IMG/VR virus record: IMGVR_UViG_3300020044_004940
Span: 1-25,429 of that record
Length of the DNA: 25,429 nt
Strand: one strand, 5' to 3'
Source: a virus
Lineage: Duplodnaviria > Caudoviricetes
Under the pieces are notes generated by a model, which saw nothing but the letters and a program-made list of their open reading frames with translations, searched no databases and had not been told where the DNA came from. Below are positions 1 to 8,338 of this stretch, piece by piece (the stretch's first letter is position 1; each line of letters starts with the position of its first letter). Position numbers and translations under genes: made by a program.

Positions 1-116
1 TCAGGGGCCTGCGGCGGTGCCTTGAAGCCCTGCTCCTGGATGCTTTGCACCACTTGCATGAACTTCGCTTGCTCGGTTTGAAGGGCCTGATAAAGTTCCG
101 TCGCCTGTTTACGGGC
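1..116 (-). repeat. Exact 116-bp inverted duplicate of 5354-5469 (inside the scaffold gene); probable chimeric contig end
   Basis: The reverse complement of 5354-5469 (gcccgtaaacaggcgac...ggcccctga) matches bases 1-116; identity stops abruptly at 117. Confidence 0.95.
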
Positions 117-785
117 GGATTGCCTGCGGCTGATGCGCTGCGGATTGCGATGCAGCCTGCCGATCCGATGGCTGCGATTAATCTGGAAAAGGCGCGGTTG
201 GAACTTGAAAAACTGCGCGGGCCTCAACCGACACTGACTGGTGATCAGTTGACCGCGCTAAACACCATCCGCGACGATGTGCGGGCTGAACTGGCCCCGT
301 TTGATATTGTTAAGCAAGGCTACAACAACATTACGACCTTCTACGCCAACCCGAGCGGGACGAGCGATTATGCGCTGGCCGTGGCCTTTGCCAAAATCCT
401 TGACCCCGGATCGGTGGCACGTGAAGGCGAGGTTGCTGCGGTGCAGAATGCTGGCGCGCGCATCCCGGCGCTTGGCCAGGCTTTGAAGAACGCCATCACC
501 GGCGAGGGCGCATTGACGCCAGAAGTTCGGCAGCAAATCGCAGAACTCGCCACGCAGGTTTATTCCGAGCGCGCGACATCGGCCCAGACGACGCTGCAAA
601 GCTATGGCGAACTTGCGCGCCAGGCTGGGGTGCCAACTGAGTTCATCTATTCCGGCGAAATCCCAGCCCCGCAGGCTGTAATTCCTGCCGTTGTGCCTCA
701 GTCGGCCCTTGCAGTCGGCGTGACGCAGCAGGATTGGGATCTGATGACGCAAGACGAGCGCAAAGCATTCATGGGGACGCCATAA
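117..785 (+). CDS. 5'-truncated internal virion / DNA ejection-type protein (frame of ORF 45..785)
   Basis: Contains D-x-A-L-x-x-x-F-x-K-x-LDPGSVxREGE, a motif I recognise from podophage internal proteins. The first ~24 codons of the predicted ORF are foreign antisense scaffold sequence. Its TAA overlaps the next ATG. Confidence 0.6.
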   Translation, partial: GLPAADALRIAMQPADPMAAINLEKARLELEKLRGPQPTLTGDQLTALNTIRDDVRAELAPFDIVKQGYNNITTFYANPSGTSDYALAVAFAKILDPGSVAREGEVAAVQNAGARIPALGQALKNAITGEGALTPEVRQQIAELATQVYSERATSAQTTLQSYGELARQAGVPTEFIYSGEIPAPQAVIPAVVPQSALAVGVTQQDWDLMTQDERKAFMGTP

Positions 786-2698
786 TGGCCGAAATGACCG
801 AAGCCCAACGCAAAGCCCTTGCAGCAGCCCGCGCCCGCGCTCAGGAGCAGCAAGCCAAGGTGGAGGCTGCGCCGCGCGAAAGAACCCGCGCAGCGGCTCA
901 GGGCCTTACGCTTGGCGCTGCGGATGAGATTGAAGCAGGCGTGCGGTCCCTTTTCGGCGGTCGGCCTTATGAAGACGTGCTGAACGAAATTCGCGGCAGT
1001 CTGAAGGCATATCAAGAAGCCCGCCCGATTGAGGCGATGGCGTCAGAAGCAGGCGGCGCGGTCGTCCCGGCTGTCGGAGCCGCTTTGCTGGCCCCCTTTA
1101 CCGGCGGCGCGTCAACAGCAGCAGTTGCGCCCACGCTTGGCCGGCTTGCAGGCATGGCGGCGCTTGAGGGCGGCGCATATGCATTCAACACTGGCGAAGG
1201 CGGCTTTGCCGAACGTGCGGCCCGCGTGCCTGGTGGCGCTGTCACAGGCGCAATCGGCGGCACAGTTGCTGGTGGCGTTACCCGCGCTGCTGGCGGTGCA
1301 ATCAACGCACTAACCGACGCCACGCGGCGCATTATCGGAAATCGAGGTTCCAGCGTTGTGGAAAACGAAATCCAGCGATTGGCGCAGCAAACCGGAAAAA
1401 CAGCCGACGAAATCGCTGACGACATCCTGAACGGGCGCATTCTTGCAGAGAATGAAACCATCAAGGCCGCCGTGCGCGCCTATCGCGCAGGTGGCGGTGA
1501 AGCGTCAACGGTTATCACGCAGGCCATGACGCCCCGCCCTGCCGCCACGCGGGCGCAGGCGATGGACGAAATGCGGCAGTATCTGTCAGACATCGCGCAG
1601 CCGAGCGCACTGCAGGGCCAGCGCCGCAGCGAAGAGGCGGCAAAGATTGCAGAGCGCGCAGCTTATGCGCCATTCAAGGATATCGCTGCGCCTGAGCCTG
1701 TTTCGCGTGAGGTGCTTTCCGCGCTGGAAGTGGTGCCGGAAGCCATCACCGAAGTAAACAAAATGTTCCGTGGGCTTGTGGCGGTGACGCCGCCTGCAAA
1801 CGGCATTGGTCCCGCAAACGTCACATTCACGCGGCCCATCACGCTTGACGAAGCCGAGCGGGTGCGTCGTGCAATCGGCAACGCCGCATCGTCGGAATAT
1901 CGTGGCGGGTTTGGCGGCGCTGGAGAAACATTCGCAGAGGCAGAACAAAGCCTGCGTGGGCTTCTTGATGCAGCATCGCCAGAACTTGGTGCAGCCCGCG
2001 CAACTGCGGCTGGCGTCCGCGCCCAGCGTGATGCCTTTGAGGCAGGCCAGACGGCCCTTGCCGGCGACGTAAACGAAACGCTTTTCAACTTCTCCAAAAT
2101 CACAGACCCGCAAAAGGTTGAGGCGTATCGCGCTGGCCTTATGGCTGCGCTGGAAGCGCGGGCGGCAACTGGATCGCGTCAAAGCCTCATTCGCAACTTG
2201 ACCAACGAGGAAACCAAAGAGGGCAAAATCTTGCGCGCAGTGCTGCCGCAGGACGCCCTTGATGACGTGCTGCGCCGCCTTGAAACAGCCCGCGCATCGC
2301 AGGTGACAACTGATTACGTCCTTGGCGGCAGCCCGACTGCTGACACGATGATGGAAGCCGGTCGGCGCGGCATGGATGTTTCCTTTGCCGATGTGACTGG
2401 CGTGCTGTCAGGCAGCCCAGACGCCATGATCAACGTCGCATCCAATATCGCCGCACGCTTCACCCGCGACCTCACCGACGCAGAGCGCGCCCGCGTGGCC
2501 CGCATCTTGGTTTCGGAAGACCCAGACCTTGTGCGCCGCGCAATCAGCGACGAGGGCGCAATGGCTGCACTGCAGCAGCGCGTCCAGCAACTGACTGCTG
2601 GCGCCGCACGCGGGGCTGGGCGGGCTGGCGCAGTGACGGGCGCTGAACCAGGTGCTACACTGTCGCAGCAGACAATTCGCGGCCTTCTGGCGCAATGA
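785..2698 (+). CDS. Large Ala/Gly-rich internal virion (ejection/DNA transfer) protein
   Basis: ATG at 785 is coupled to the upstream TAA (TAATG). N-terminal 'AAAQGLTLGAADEIEAG' motif, Gly/Ala-rich hydrophobic stretches and a helical body fit podophage ejection proteins. Confidence 0.65.
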   Translation: MAEMTEAQRKALAAARARAQEQQAKVEAAPRERTRAAAQGLTLGAADEIEAGVRSLFGGRPYEDVLNEIRGSLKAYQEARPIEAMASEAGGAVVPAVGAALLAPFTGGASTAAVAPTLGRLAGMAALEGGAYAFNTGEGGFAERAARVPGGAVTGAIGGTVAGGVTRAAGGAINALTDATRRIIGNRGSSVVENEIQRLAQQTGKTADEIADDILNGRILAENETIKAAVRAYRAGGGEASTVITQAMTPRPAATRAQAMDEMRQYLSDIAQPSALQGQRRSEEAAKIAERAAYAPFKDIAAPEPVSREVLSALEVVPEAITEVNKMFRGLVAVTPPANGIGPANVTFTRPITLDEAERVRRAIGNAASSEYRGGFGGAGETFAEAEQSLRGLLDAASPELGAARATAAGVRAQRDAFEAGQTALAGDVNETLFNFSKITDPQKVEAYRAGLMAALEARAATGSRQSLIRNLTNEETKEGKILRAVLPQDALDDVLRRLETARASQVTTDYVLGGSPTADTMMEAGRRGMDVSFADVTGVLSGSPDAMINVASNIAARFTRDLTDAERARVARILVSEDPDLVRRAISDEGAMAALQQRVQQLTAGAARGAGRAGAVTGAEPGATLSQQTIRGLLAQ

Positions 2699-2705
2699 GG
2701 TAAAG

Positions 2706-4799
2706 ATGAAACCGAAAAAGCTGACCCGCGACCAGATCCAGAACACGATCAAGAACGCCATCACCGAGGCGGTTGATTTTGTAGAGGCTGAAATCGCACC
2801 CGAGCGCATCAAGGCGCAGAAGTATTTTGACGGGCAGGTTGATCTGGCATCGGAAGATGGCCGGTCATCCGTTGTCGCCACGAAGTGCCGGGACACCGTG
2901 CGGGCCGTCAAGCCGTCGCTGATGCGGGTTTTCCTGCAGTCTGGGCGGCCGGTTGAATTCGTGCCGCGCAAGCCGCAGGCCGTGCAGGAAGCCGAGCAGA
3001 AGACCAACTACGCGGCCTACGTGTTCGAGCGCAACAACGGCTTCCAGATCCTGTCTGACGCCATTGATGACGCGCTGAAGAAGAAGGTCGGCATCTGGAA
3101 GGTCTACGTCGACGAGCCTGCCACGGTTGAAATCGACGAATACAGCGACCTGATGGAAGATCAGGTGCAATTGCTGCGGATGGACCCCGAGATCGAAATC
3201 TTGGAGGAAGAGGTCACGCAGGAAGCCATCATTGACGAGATGGACATGATGATCATGCCGGCGATCTATGACCTGAAGGTTGCCAAGGAAACTCGCAGCA
3301 AGGAAATCCGCATCGACGCGGTGGCGCCCGAGGATTTCTTTATTGATCGCAATGCGTCCAGCATTCACGACGCCTATGTCTGCGGACACAGCGCCGAAAT
3401 GCGCGTGGGCGACGTTGTGGCGATGGGGTTTGACTTTGAGACCGTCTACAATATGGGCGGGACCACTGACGGGCGCGTTGACGAGGAAGAAACCCTGCAG
3501 CGCCTGGGCTGGGATGCGACCGACACGGACGAGGACGCGAATGACCCGTCCATGCGGAAAATCACCCTGACCGAAGCCTATATGAAGATGGACATCGAAG
3601 GCACGGGCATCCCGCGCCTTTACAAGTTCCTTTGCGGCGGCGGCAATTACGAACTGCTGGAATATGAACTTTGCGACCAGATGCCGTTCGCGGTGTTTGA
3701 GGTTGACCCCGAGGCTCACGCGTTCTTCGGTCGGTCGCTGGTGGAGATCATTCAGGACGATCAGGACGCCGCCACGGCCCTCCTGCGCGGCCTGCTGGAC
3801 AACATGGCGCTGATCAACAACCCGCGCATGGTGGTCAATTCCCAGCTTGTGAACATGGACGACGTTCTGAACAACGAAATCGGCGCGGTCATCCGCACGA
3901 AGGACGTGTCGGCGCTGCGGGAGATCACCATCGGCGGCATGGCTCAGGGCCTGCTGCCTGCGATCACCTACTATGACGAGGCAATCCGGGCCAAGACGGG
4001 CGTGTCTGGCGCTGGTATGGGCCTCGATGCCAACGTGCTGCAGTCGCAGACCGCTCAGGGCGTGAATGCCGCCGTGCAGGCCGCCAATCAGGTGTCTGAA
4101 CTCATCGCGCGGCACTTGGCCGAGGGCGGGTTTAAGCAGGCGTTCAAGATCATCGTCAAGCTGGCCAAGCAGCACATCGGCGGTGAAGAGATGATGCGCG
4201 TCAACGGCGAGTTTGTGCCGGTTGATCCGCGTTCTTGGTCGGCTGACACGGATATGACCGTCAACGTCGGCATCGGCACCAACAAGCACGAAGAGCGTGC
4301 GATGGTGCTGCGTGAGACGCTGCAGACGCAGATGGGCATCTGGCAGGCATACGGGCCGCAGAACGGCGTTGTGACCATGACCAACATCCGCAACACCCTA
4401 GCCGACATTCTGCGCCACGGCGGCCTGCACAATGCGGAGCGGTATTACCAGCCGATGAACCCGCAGATGGAGCAGATGCTGATGATGCAGGCCGCACAGG
4501 CCGCACAGGGCCAGCAGCAGGCCAGCGATCCGAATGCGGCATTCCTGCAGGCCGAGCAGATGAAGACCTCGGCGCGCGTGCAGGCTGACATGCAAAAGAC
4601 GCAGATGGACTTTGTGAAGGCCCAAATGCAGGACGACCGCGAGCGTGACAAGATGATCCAGGACCTTGCCATCGAGGCGGCTAAAATCCTTGCCAACAGC
4701 GGCATTCGCCTGAATGAGCAGCAGATCCGCGCGCAGCAGGCAATGACGCAGCCGATGGGGATGCCGATGGGCGCGCCGGGGATGATGCCGAATGCTTGA
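2706..4799 (+). CDS. Portal protein (P22-like)
   Basis: GAGG RBS then ATG at 2706; ~697 aa. Motifs 'PEDFFID', 'PFAVFEVDPEAHAFFGRS' and 'LLRGLLDN...NNPR', plus a Gln-rich C-terminal coiled coil. Lies upstream of scaffold and capsid. Confidence 0.9.
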   Translation: MKPKKLTRDQIQNTIKNAITEAVDFVEAEIAPERIKAQKYFDGQVDLASEDGRSSVVATKCRDTVRAVKPSLMRVFLQSGRPVEFVPRKPQAVQEAEQKTNYAAYVFERNNGFQILSDAIDDALKKKVGIWKVYVDEPATVEIDEYSDLMEDQVQLLRMDPEIEILEEEVTQEAIIDEMDMMIMPAIYDLKVAKETRSKEIRIDAVAPEDFFIDRNASSIHDAYVCGHSAEMRVGDVVAMGFDFETVYNMGGTTDGRVDEEETLQRLGWDATDTDEDANDPSMRKITLTEAYMKMDIEGTGIPRLYKFLCGGGNYELLEYELCDQMPFAVFEVDPEAHAFFGRSLVEIIQDDQDAATALLRGLLDNMALINNPRMVVNSQLVNMDDVLNNEIGAVIRTKDVSALREITIGGMAQGLLPAITYYDEAIRAKTGVSGAGMGLDANVLQSQTAQGVNAAVQAANQVSELIARHLAEGGFKQAFKIIVKLAKQHIGGEEMMRVNGEFVPVDPRSWSADTDMTVNVGIGTNKHEERAMVLRETLQTQMGIWQAYGPQNGVVTMTNIRNTLADILRHGGLHNAERYYQPMNPQMEQMLMMQAAQAAQGQQQASDPNAAFLQAEQMKTSARVQADMQKTQMDFVKAQMQDDRERDKMIQDLAIEAAKILANSGIRLNEQQIRAQQAMTQPMGMPMGAPGMMPNA

Positions 4800-5040
4800 T
4801 GTGTATCAGCGCGCGATACAGGCACGTCAGCTTGAGGGCTATGAGCCGTTCAAGGAAATCTGCAATGAAATCCGCGATGAAGCGGTGCAATTGTTTTTAA
4901 ACCCCGCATCTGATATAACGTCAATTGCGCGGGCGCATGAGGCGATCCGGGCAGTGGAAACGTTCATTGCGGCAATTCAGACGCGCATAGACGCCGAGAA
5001 GGTCGCGGATAAAAAGGCTCAGGACCGTGAAAGCGACTGA
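4792..5040 (+). CDS. Small helical protein between portal and scaffold
   Basis: 82 aa; overlaps both neighbours, a position usual for this head module. Confidence 0.75.
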   Translation: MLDVYQRAIQARQLEGYEPFKEICNEIRDEAVQLFLNPASDITSIARAHEAIRAVETFIAAIQTRIDAEKVADKKAQDRESD

Positions 5041-5971
5041 ACAAATGGAAGCGGCGGTGAATTCGCTGCTGATTATGGACGAACCATCCGAGCCGGATGA
5101 GGCACCGCAGGAAGCCCCTGCGACCGAACCGGAATTGGAAGCGCAAGAGACGGAAGCGCAGGAATATGAGGCCGATGAGGCCGAGCATTCTGAAGAAGTC
5201 GAAGCTGAAGCGAATGATACTGCTGAGGACGAAGAAACCAAGCTATACACCGTCAAAGCCGACGGGACGGAAAGCCAGGTCACTCTTGAGGAACTGAAGC
5301 GTTCATGGTCTGCCGAGGCCCATAGACAGAAGGGAATGAGGGAAGCAGCCGAAGCCCGTAAACAGGCGACGGAACTTTATCAGGCCCTTCAAACCGAGCA
5401 AGCGAAGTTCATGCAAGTGGTGCAAAGCATCCAGGAGCAGGGCTTCAAGGCACCGCCGCAGGCCCCTGACATCGCCATGATGGACAAAGATCCGATTGGC
5501 TACATGCAGGCCGAGGCGCGTTACCGCAAGGACATGGCTGAATTCCAAGGCCAGCAACAGCAGATCCAGCAGACGGCAGCCGCACAGCGCCAGATGCAGG
5601 AAAAGGCTCTCGCTGAGTTTGTCGCGGAACAAGGCAAGGTTTTGCAGTCGCGCATTCCAGAGTTTGCCGATCCGAACAAAGCCCGCGAAATCACGGGCAA
5701 GATCAGATCGACGGCTTCTGAGGCTTACGGCTTTTCTGACCAAGAACTCGGCGGCATCGTTGATGCTCGTCACGTCTTGGTCCTGCACGACGCTATGAAG
5801 TGGCGCGAATTGCAGGCCGCACGGACCAAACAGGCACCCGCTGCGCCCAAGTCAATCAAGCCCGCCATGCGCCGTTCTGAGCCGCAGCAAATTGTTCGGA
5901 AAAAGCAGATCGACGCAGCGCGGAAGACTGGTGGCAAGCCCGAGGCTTTCATCGATCTTCTGTTCAAATGA
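5027..5971 (+). CDS. Capsid scaffolding protein
   Basis: Acidic N-terminus, 'YTVKADG...VTLEEL' motif, coiled coil with 'DPIGY', 'D.RHVLVL.DAMKW', basic C-terminus; directly upstream of the major capsid gene. Confidence 0.85.
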   Translation: MKATEQMEAAVNSLLIMDEPSEPDEAPQEAPATEPELEAQETEAQEYEADEAEHSEEVEAEANDTAEDEETKLYTVKADGTESQVTLEELKRSWSAEAHRQKGMREAAEARKQATELYQALQTEQAKFMQVVQSIQEQGFKAPPQAPDIAMMDKDPIGYMQAEARYRKDMAEFQGQQQQIQQTAAAQRQMQEKALAEFVAEQGKVLQSRIPEFADPNKAREITGKIRSTASEAYGFSDQELGGIVDARHVLVLHDAMKWRELQAARTKQAPAAPKSIKPAMRRSEPQQIVRKKQIDAARKTGGKPEAFIDLLFK

Positions 5972-5991
5972 ACCTTTAGAGGATTTGGATC

Positions 5992-6948
5992 ATGGCACAG
6001 CCGACCAACACTCTGGACAGCTACGACGTTCGTGGCATCCGTGAAGACCTGCAGGATATCATCTATGATATCTCGCCCGAGGAAACGCCCTTCTACACTC
6101 GCTGTGGCAAGGCAAAAGCGACCAACACGCTGCACGAATGGCAGACCGACGCTCTGCGATCGTCGGCTGACAACGCGCACATCGAAGGCGGCGACACCGC
6201 CCCGGAAGCGCGTTCGGTCACGACCCGTCTGGGCAACTACACCCAGATCTTCAAAAACGCCGTTGCCATCCCCGGCACGGACGATGGCCTGAACAAAGCC
6301 GGTCGCGCACGCGAAATGGCCTACCAGGTGCTGAAGATCGCCAAAGAGCAGAAGCTGGACATCGAGAAAGCCCTGTTTGCGAACCAAGCCCGCTCGGCTG
6401 GTTCGTCGGTCGCCCCCCGCCGCTTGGCTGGTGCGCCCGCTTGGCTGACCACGAACACCGTGTTCAACTCGGGCAACGGCGGCGCTGATCCCACCGGCGA
6501 CGGCACCAACGCCCGCACCGACGACGGCACCCCGACGGCCTTCGACCAGACCAAGTTTGACAGCGTGATGCAGCAGATTTGGCAGGCTGGCGGCAAGCCC
6601 GATACCGTGTATCTGTCGGCCTTCCAGATGAACAAGGCTCTTACCTTCACCGGCAACAACAACCAGCGTTCGAACGTGACCGCTGAGGCCGAGAAGGTCA
6701 TCAAGCACATGTCCGTCTACGTGACGCCGTGGGGCACTGTGGAATTCATGCCGACGCGTGAAAACCGCAGCCGCGACGTTTTCGTGATGCAGGATGATAT
6801 GTGGGCTGTCGGCGTTCTGCGCCCGACCCGCAACACCGAACTCGCGAAGACCGGCGACAGCGAAAAGCGCCAGATCATCACCGAACTGACCCTCATCTGC
6901 AAGAATGAGAAGTCGTCCGGCGGTGTGTTCGACAACACTGTTTCGTAA
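5992..6948 (+). CDS. Major capsid protein (DUF5309/SU10-like family)
   Basis: 'REDLQDIIYDISPEETPF', 'HEWQTD', 'NYTQIF' and 'ELAKTGDSEK' motifs; AGAGGA RBS; strongly biased codon use. Confidence 0.92.
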   Translation: MAQPTNTLDSYDVRGIREDLQDIIYDISPEETPFYTRCGKAKATNTLHEWQTDALRSSADNAHIEGGDTAPEARSVTTRLGNYTQIFKNAVAIPGTDDGLNKAGRAREMAYQVLKIAKEQKLDIEKALFANQARSAGSSVAPRRLAGAPAWLTTNTVFNSGNGGADPTGDGTNARTDDGTPTAFDQTKFDSVMQQIWQAGGKPDTVYLSAFQMNKALTFTGNNNQRSNVTAEAEKVIKHMSVYVTPWGTVEFMPTRENRSRDVFVMQDDMWAVGVLRPTRNTELAKTGDSEKRQIITELTLICKNEKSSGGVFDNTVS

Positions 6949-6960
6949 GGAGCGAAAACA

Positions 6961-7398
6961 ATGGCTTCTGAATACAAACCGAACCTTGGCGTGATTGCGA
7001 TCACTGCCGCCACCACGCTCGATGATGATGCCTACGCGGGCCGCACCATCAACCTGAACTCTGCGACGGGCCGGATCGTCACCCTGCCTGCGGCCACGGG
7101 TTCGGGCGCAACTTACACGATCTTCGTGGGCGCCACTGTGTCCTCGGGTTCGCACGTCATCCGTGTGGCTTCGGCTTCCGACGTGATCCAGGGTGTGGTT
7201 TCGATTGCGACTGACATCGCAGGCGTGACTTGCCCGACGGCCACGGACACCGACACCATCACCCTGAACGGCTCCACCACGGGCGGCATTCGCGGCTCGC
7301 TGGTTGAGCTGCAGGACGTGGCTTCGGGGATCTGGTCGGTGCGCGGTTCGCTGGTTTCGTCCAGCACCGAAGCAACGCCGTTCTCGGCTGCTGTCTGA
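6961..7398 (+). CDS. Capsid decoration / minor virion protein
   Basis: AAGGAG RBS; Thr/Ser/Gly-rich beta protein with 'TLPAATGSG' and 'TITLNGSTTGG'; follows the capsid gene and precedes a hairpin. Confidence 0.7.
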   Translation: MASEYKPNLGVIAITAATTLDDDAYAGRTINLNSATGRIVTLPAATGSGATYTIFVGATVSSGSHVIRVASASDVIQGVVSIATDIAGVTCPTATDTDTITLNGSTTGGIRGSLVELQDVASGIWSVRGSLVSSSTEATPFSAAV

Positions 7399-7404
7399 TA
7401 ACGC

Positions 7405-7436
7405 TGGGGGCGGGGAAAACCTGCCCCCATCACTTT
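7405..7436 (+). terminator. Hairpin, probably a partial intrinsic terminator after the capsid genes
   Basis: TGGGGGCGGG-GAAAA-CCTGCCCCCA forms a 10-bp stem with one G-U pair, followed by a weak tail (tcacttt). Confidence 0.6.
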
Positions 7437-7447
7437 GAGGGGATAGC

Positions 7448-7768
7448 ATGACGCAGGTCTGGGTTCGGACGAATAAAGGCGATATCATGCGCCTTGGTGA
7501 TGCGCAGAAGGCGCGCAAGGCAGACGAGGGGCTGACATATGAAATTGTCCGAGACAATGAAGCTAGAGGATGGCAAAGTGATCGTGCAGCAGACGCACGA
7601 CTTCACCCCGATAGCGGAAAAGTCGAAGGCGATGCAGTCGGCGGGGGCCTGGGATCTGGGCGAGAGCAGGCTGGTGGCGAACATTCCGATGAAGCTATGG
7701 GCGGAGTGGGCGAAAAAGCACGGCGTCCGCGCGGACGACCACGGCGCGATGAAGGAAATCGTGCATAA
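7448..7768 (+). CDS. Hypothetical protein overlapping the next gene by 230 nt
   Basis: Strong RBS (GAGGGGA) before ATG 7448; fills the gap after the hairpin. The C-terminal two-thirds are encoded in another frame of 7539..7841. Confidence 0.5.
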   Translation: MTQVWVRTNKGDIMRLGDAQKARKADEGLTYEIVRDNEARGWQSDRAADARLHPDSGKVEGDAVGGGLGSGREQAGGEHSDEAMGGVGEKARRPRGRPRRDEGNRA

Positions 7769-7841
7769 GGAATTGATGGACCCGGATAACGCACATTTCC
7801 GGGTTTGGAATGGCAACCTAGGCCGCTACAAGGCCAAGTAA
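7539..7841 (+). CDS. Phage head-region hypothetical protein
   Basis: GAGGGG RBS; 'VANIP...W...HGV' and 'L.DPDNAHFRVW' resemble a small protein commonly found after capsid genes. Confidence 0.8.
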   Translation: MKLSETMKLEDGKVIVQQTHDFTPIAEKSKAMQSAGAWDLGESRLVANIPMKLWAEWAKKHGVRADDHGAMKEIVHKELMDPDNAHFRVWNGNLGRYKAK

Positions 7842-7853
7842 AGGATCGAGAAG

Positions 7854-8198
7854 ATGGCGACGATTATCCCGACCACTGTTGAGGAGCAGGTCCGCGCTGC
7901 TGCTTATCGTTGGACGAACTACAGCACGGCAGATATGGCAACGCCTGTGAAAATCCAGAACATGCAGGGCTTAGCCGGATCGGTGCAGGTTACTGGCACG
8001 TTTGGCGGCGCCACGATTGCGCTGCAGGTGTCGAACGACGGCACGAATTTCGCGACGCTGAAAGACGGAACGGGCACTGCGATCACCTTTACGGCTGCCG
8101 GCACTGCTGAGTTTTCGACGGCTGCGCTGTTTATCAAGCCAACGTCTTCGGGTGGCACGTCCGACGATGTGACCGTGACCGTAGTCCTGCGGGGGTGA
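7854..8198 (+). CDS. Small beta-rich virion protein
   Basis: 114 aa, Thr/Gly-rich, with a 'VQVTGTFGGATIALQVSNDGTNF' jelly-roll-like motif. Confidence 0.7.
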   Translation: MATIIPTTVEEQVRAAAYRWTNYSTADMATPVKIQNMQGLAGSVQVTGTFGGATIALQVSNDGTNFATLKDGTGTAITFTAAGTAEFSTAALFIKPTSSGGTSDDVTVTVVLRG

Positions 8199-8202
8199 TC
8201 CT

Positions 8203-8334
8203 ATGAACATGCCGCTTGTCCTATTAAACCTGAGACGTAGGGCCGGCGCGCTGTTGAGCTATGTCCTATTCATTCCCTCTGGTTCTGACAGCCTGATTAC
8301 GGCGGACAGTCTCACATTCAAGGTCAGGGAGTAA
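8203..8334 (+). CDS. 43-aa hypothetical protein (not in the ORF track)
   Basis: MNMPLVLLNLRRRAGALLSYVLFIPSGSDSLITADSLTFKVRE; fills the gap exactly and has a GGGGGTG RBS-like sequence upstream. Confidence 0.55.
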   Translation: MNMPLVLLNLRRRAGALLSYVLFIPSGSDSLITADSLTFKVRE

Positions 8335-8338
8335 CACA

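Noticed and set aside
45-116. His/Leu-rich N-terminus of ORF 45..785 as a signal or leader peptide
   Set aside because: It is translated from the inverted scaffold fragment and is not part of the genuine gene.
4488-4520. Tandem 9-nt repeats (caggccgca) in the portal gene
   Set aside because: They simply encode a low-complexity QAAQAAQ coiled-coil stretch.
6946-6963. Stop-codon readthrough fusing the major capsid to the in-frame decoration gene
   Set aside because: The genes are in frame, but the stop is TAA and the downstream gene has its own AAGGAG RBS; the in-frame arrangement has a one-in-three chance.
5770-7557. Long antisense ORFs (595 aa here, 474 aa at 2865-4289, and others)
   Set aside because: These are shadow ORFs caused by GC-rich codon bias opposite well-supported genes; they have no motifs or RBS.
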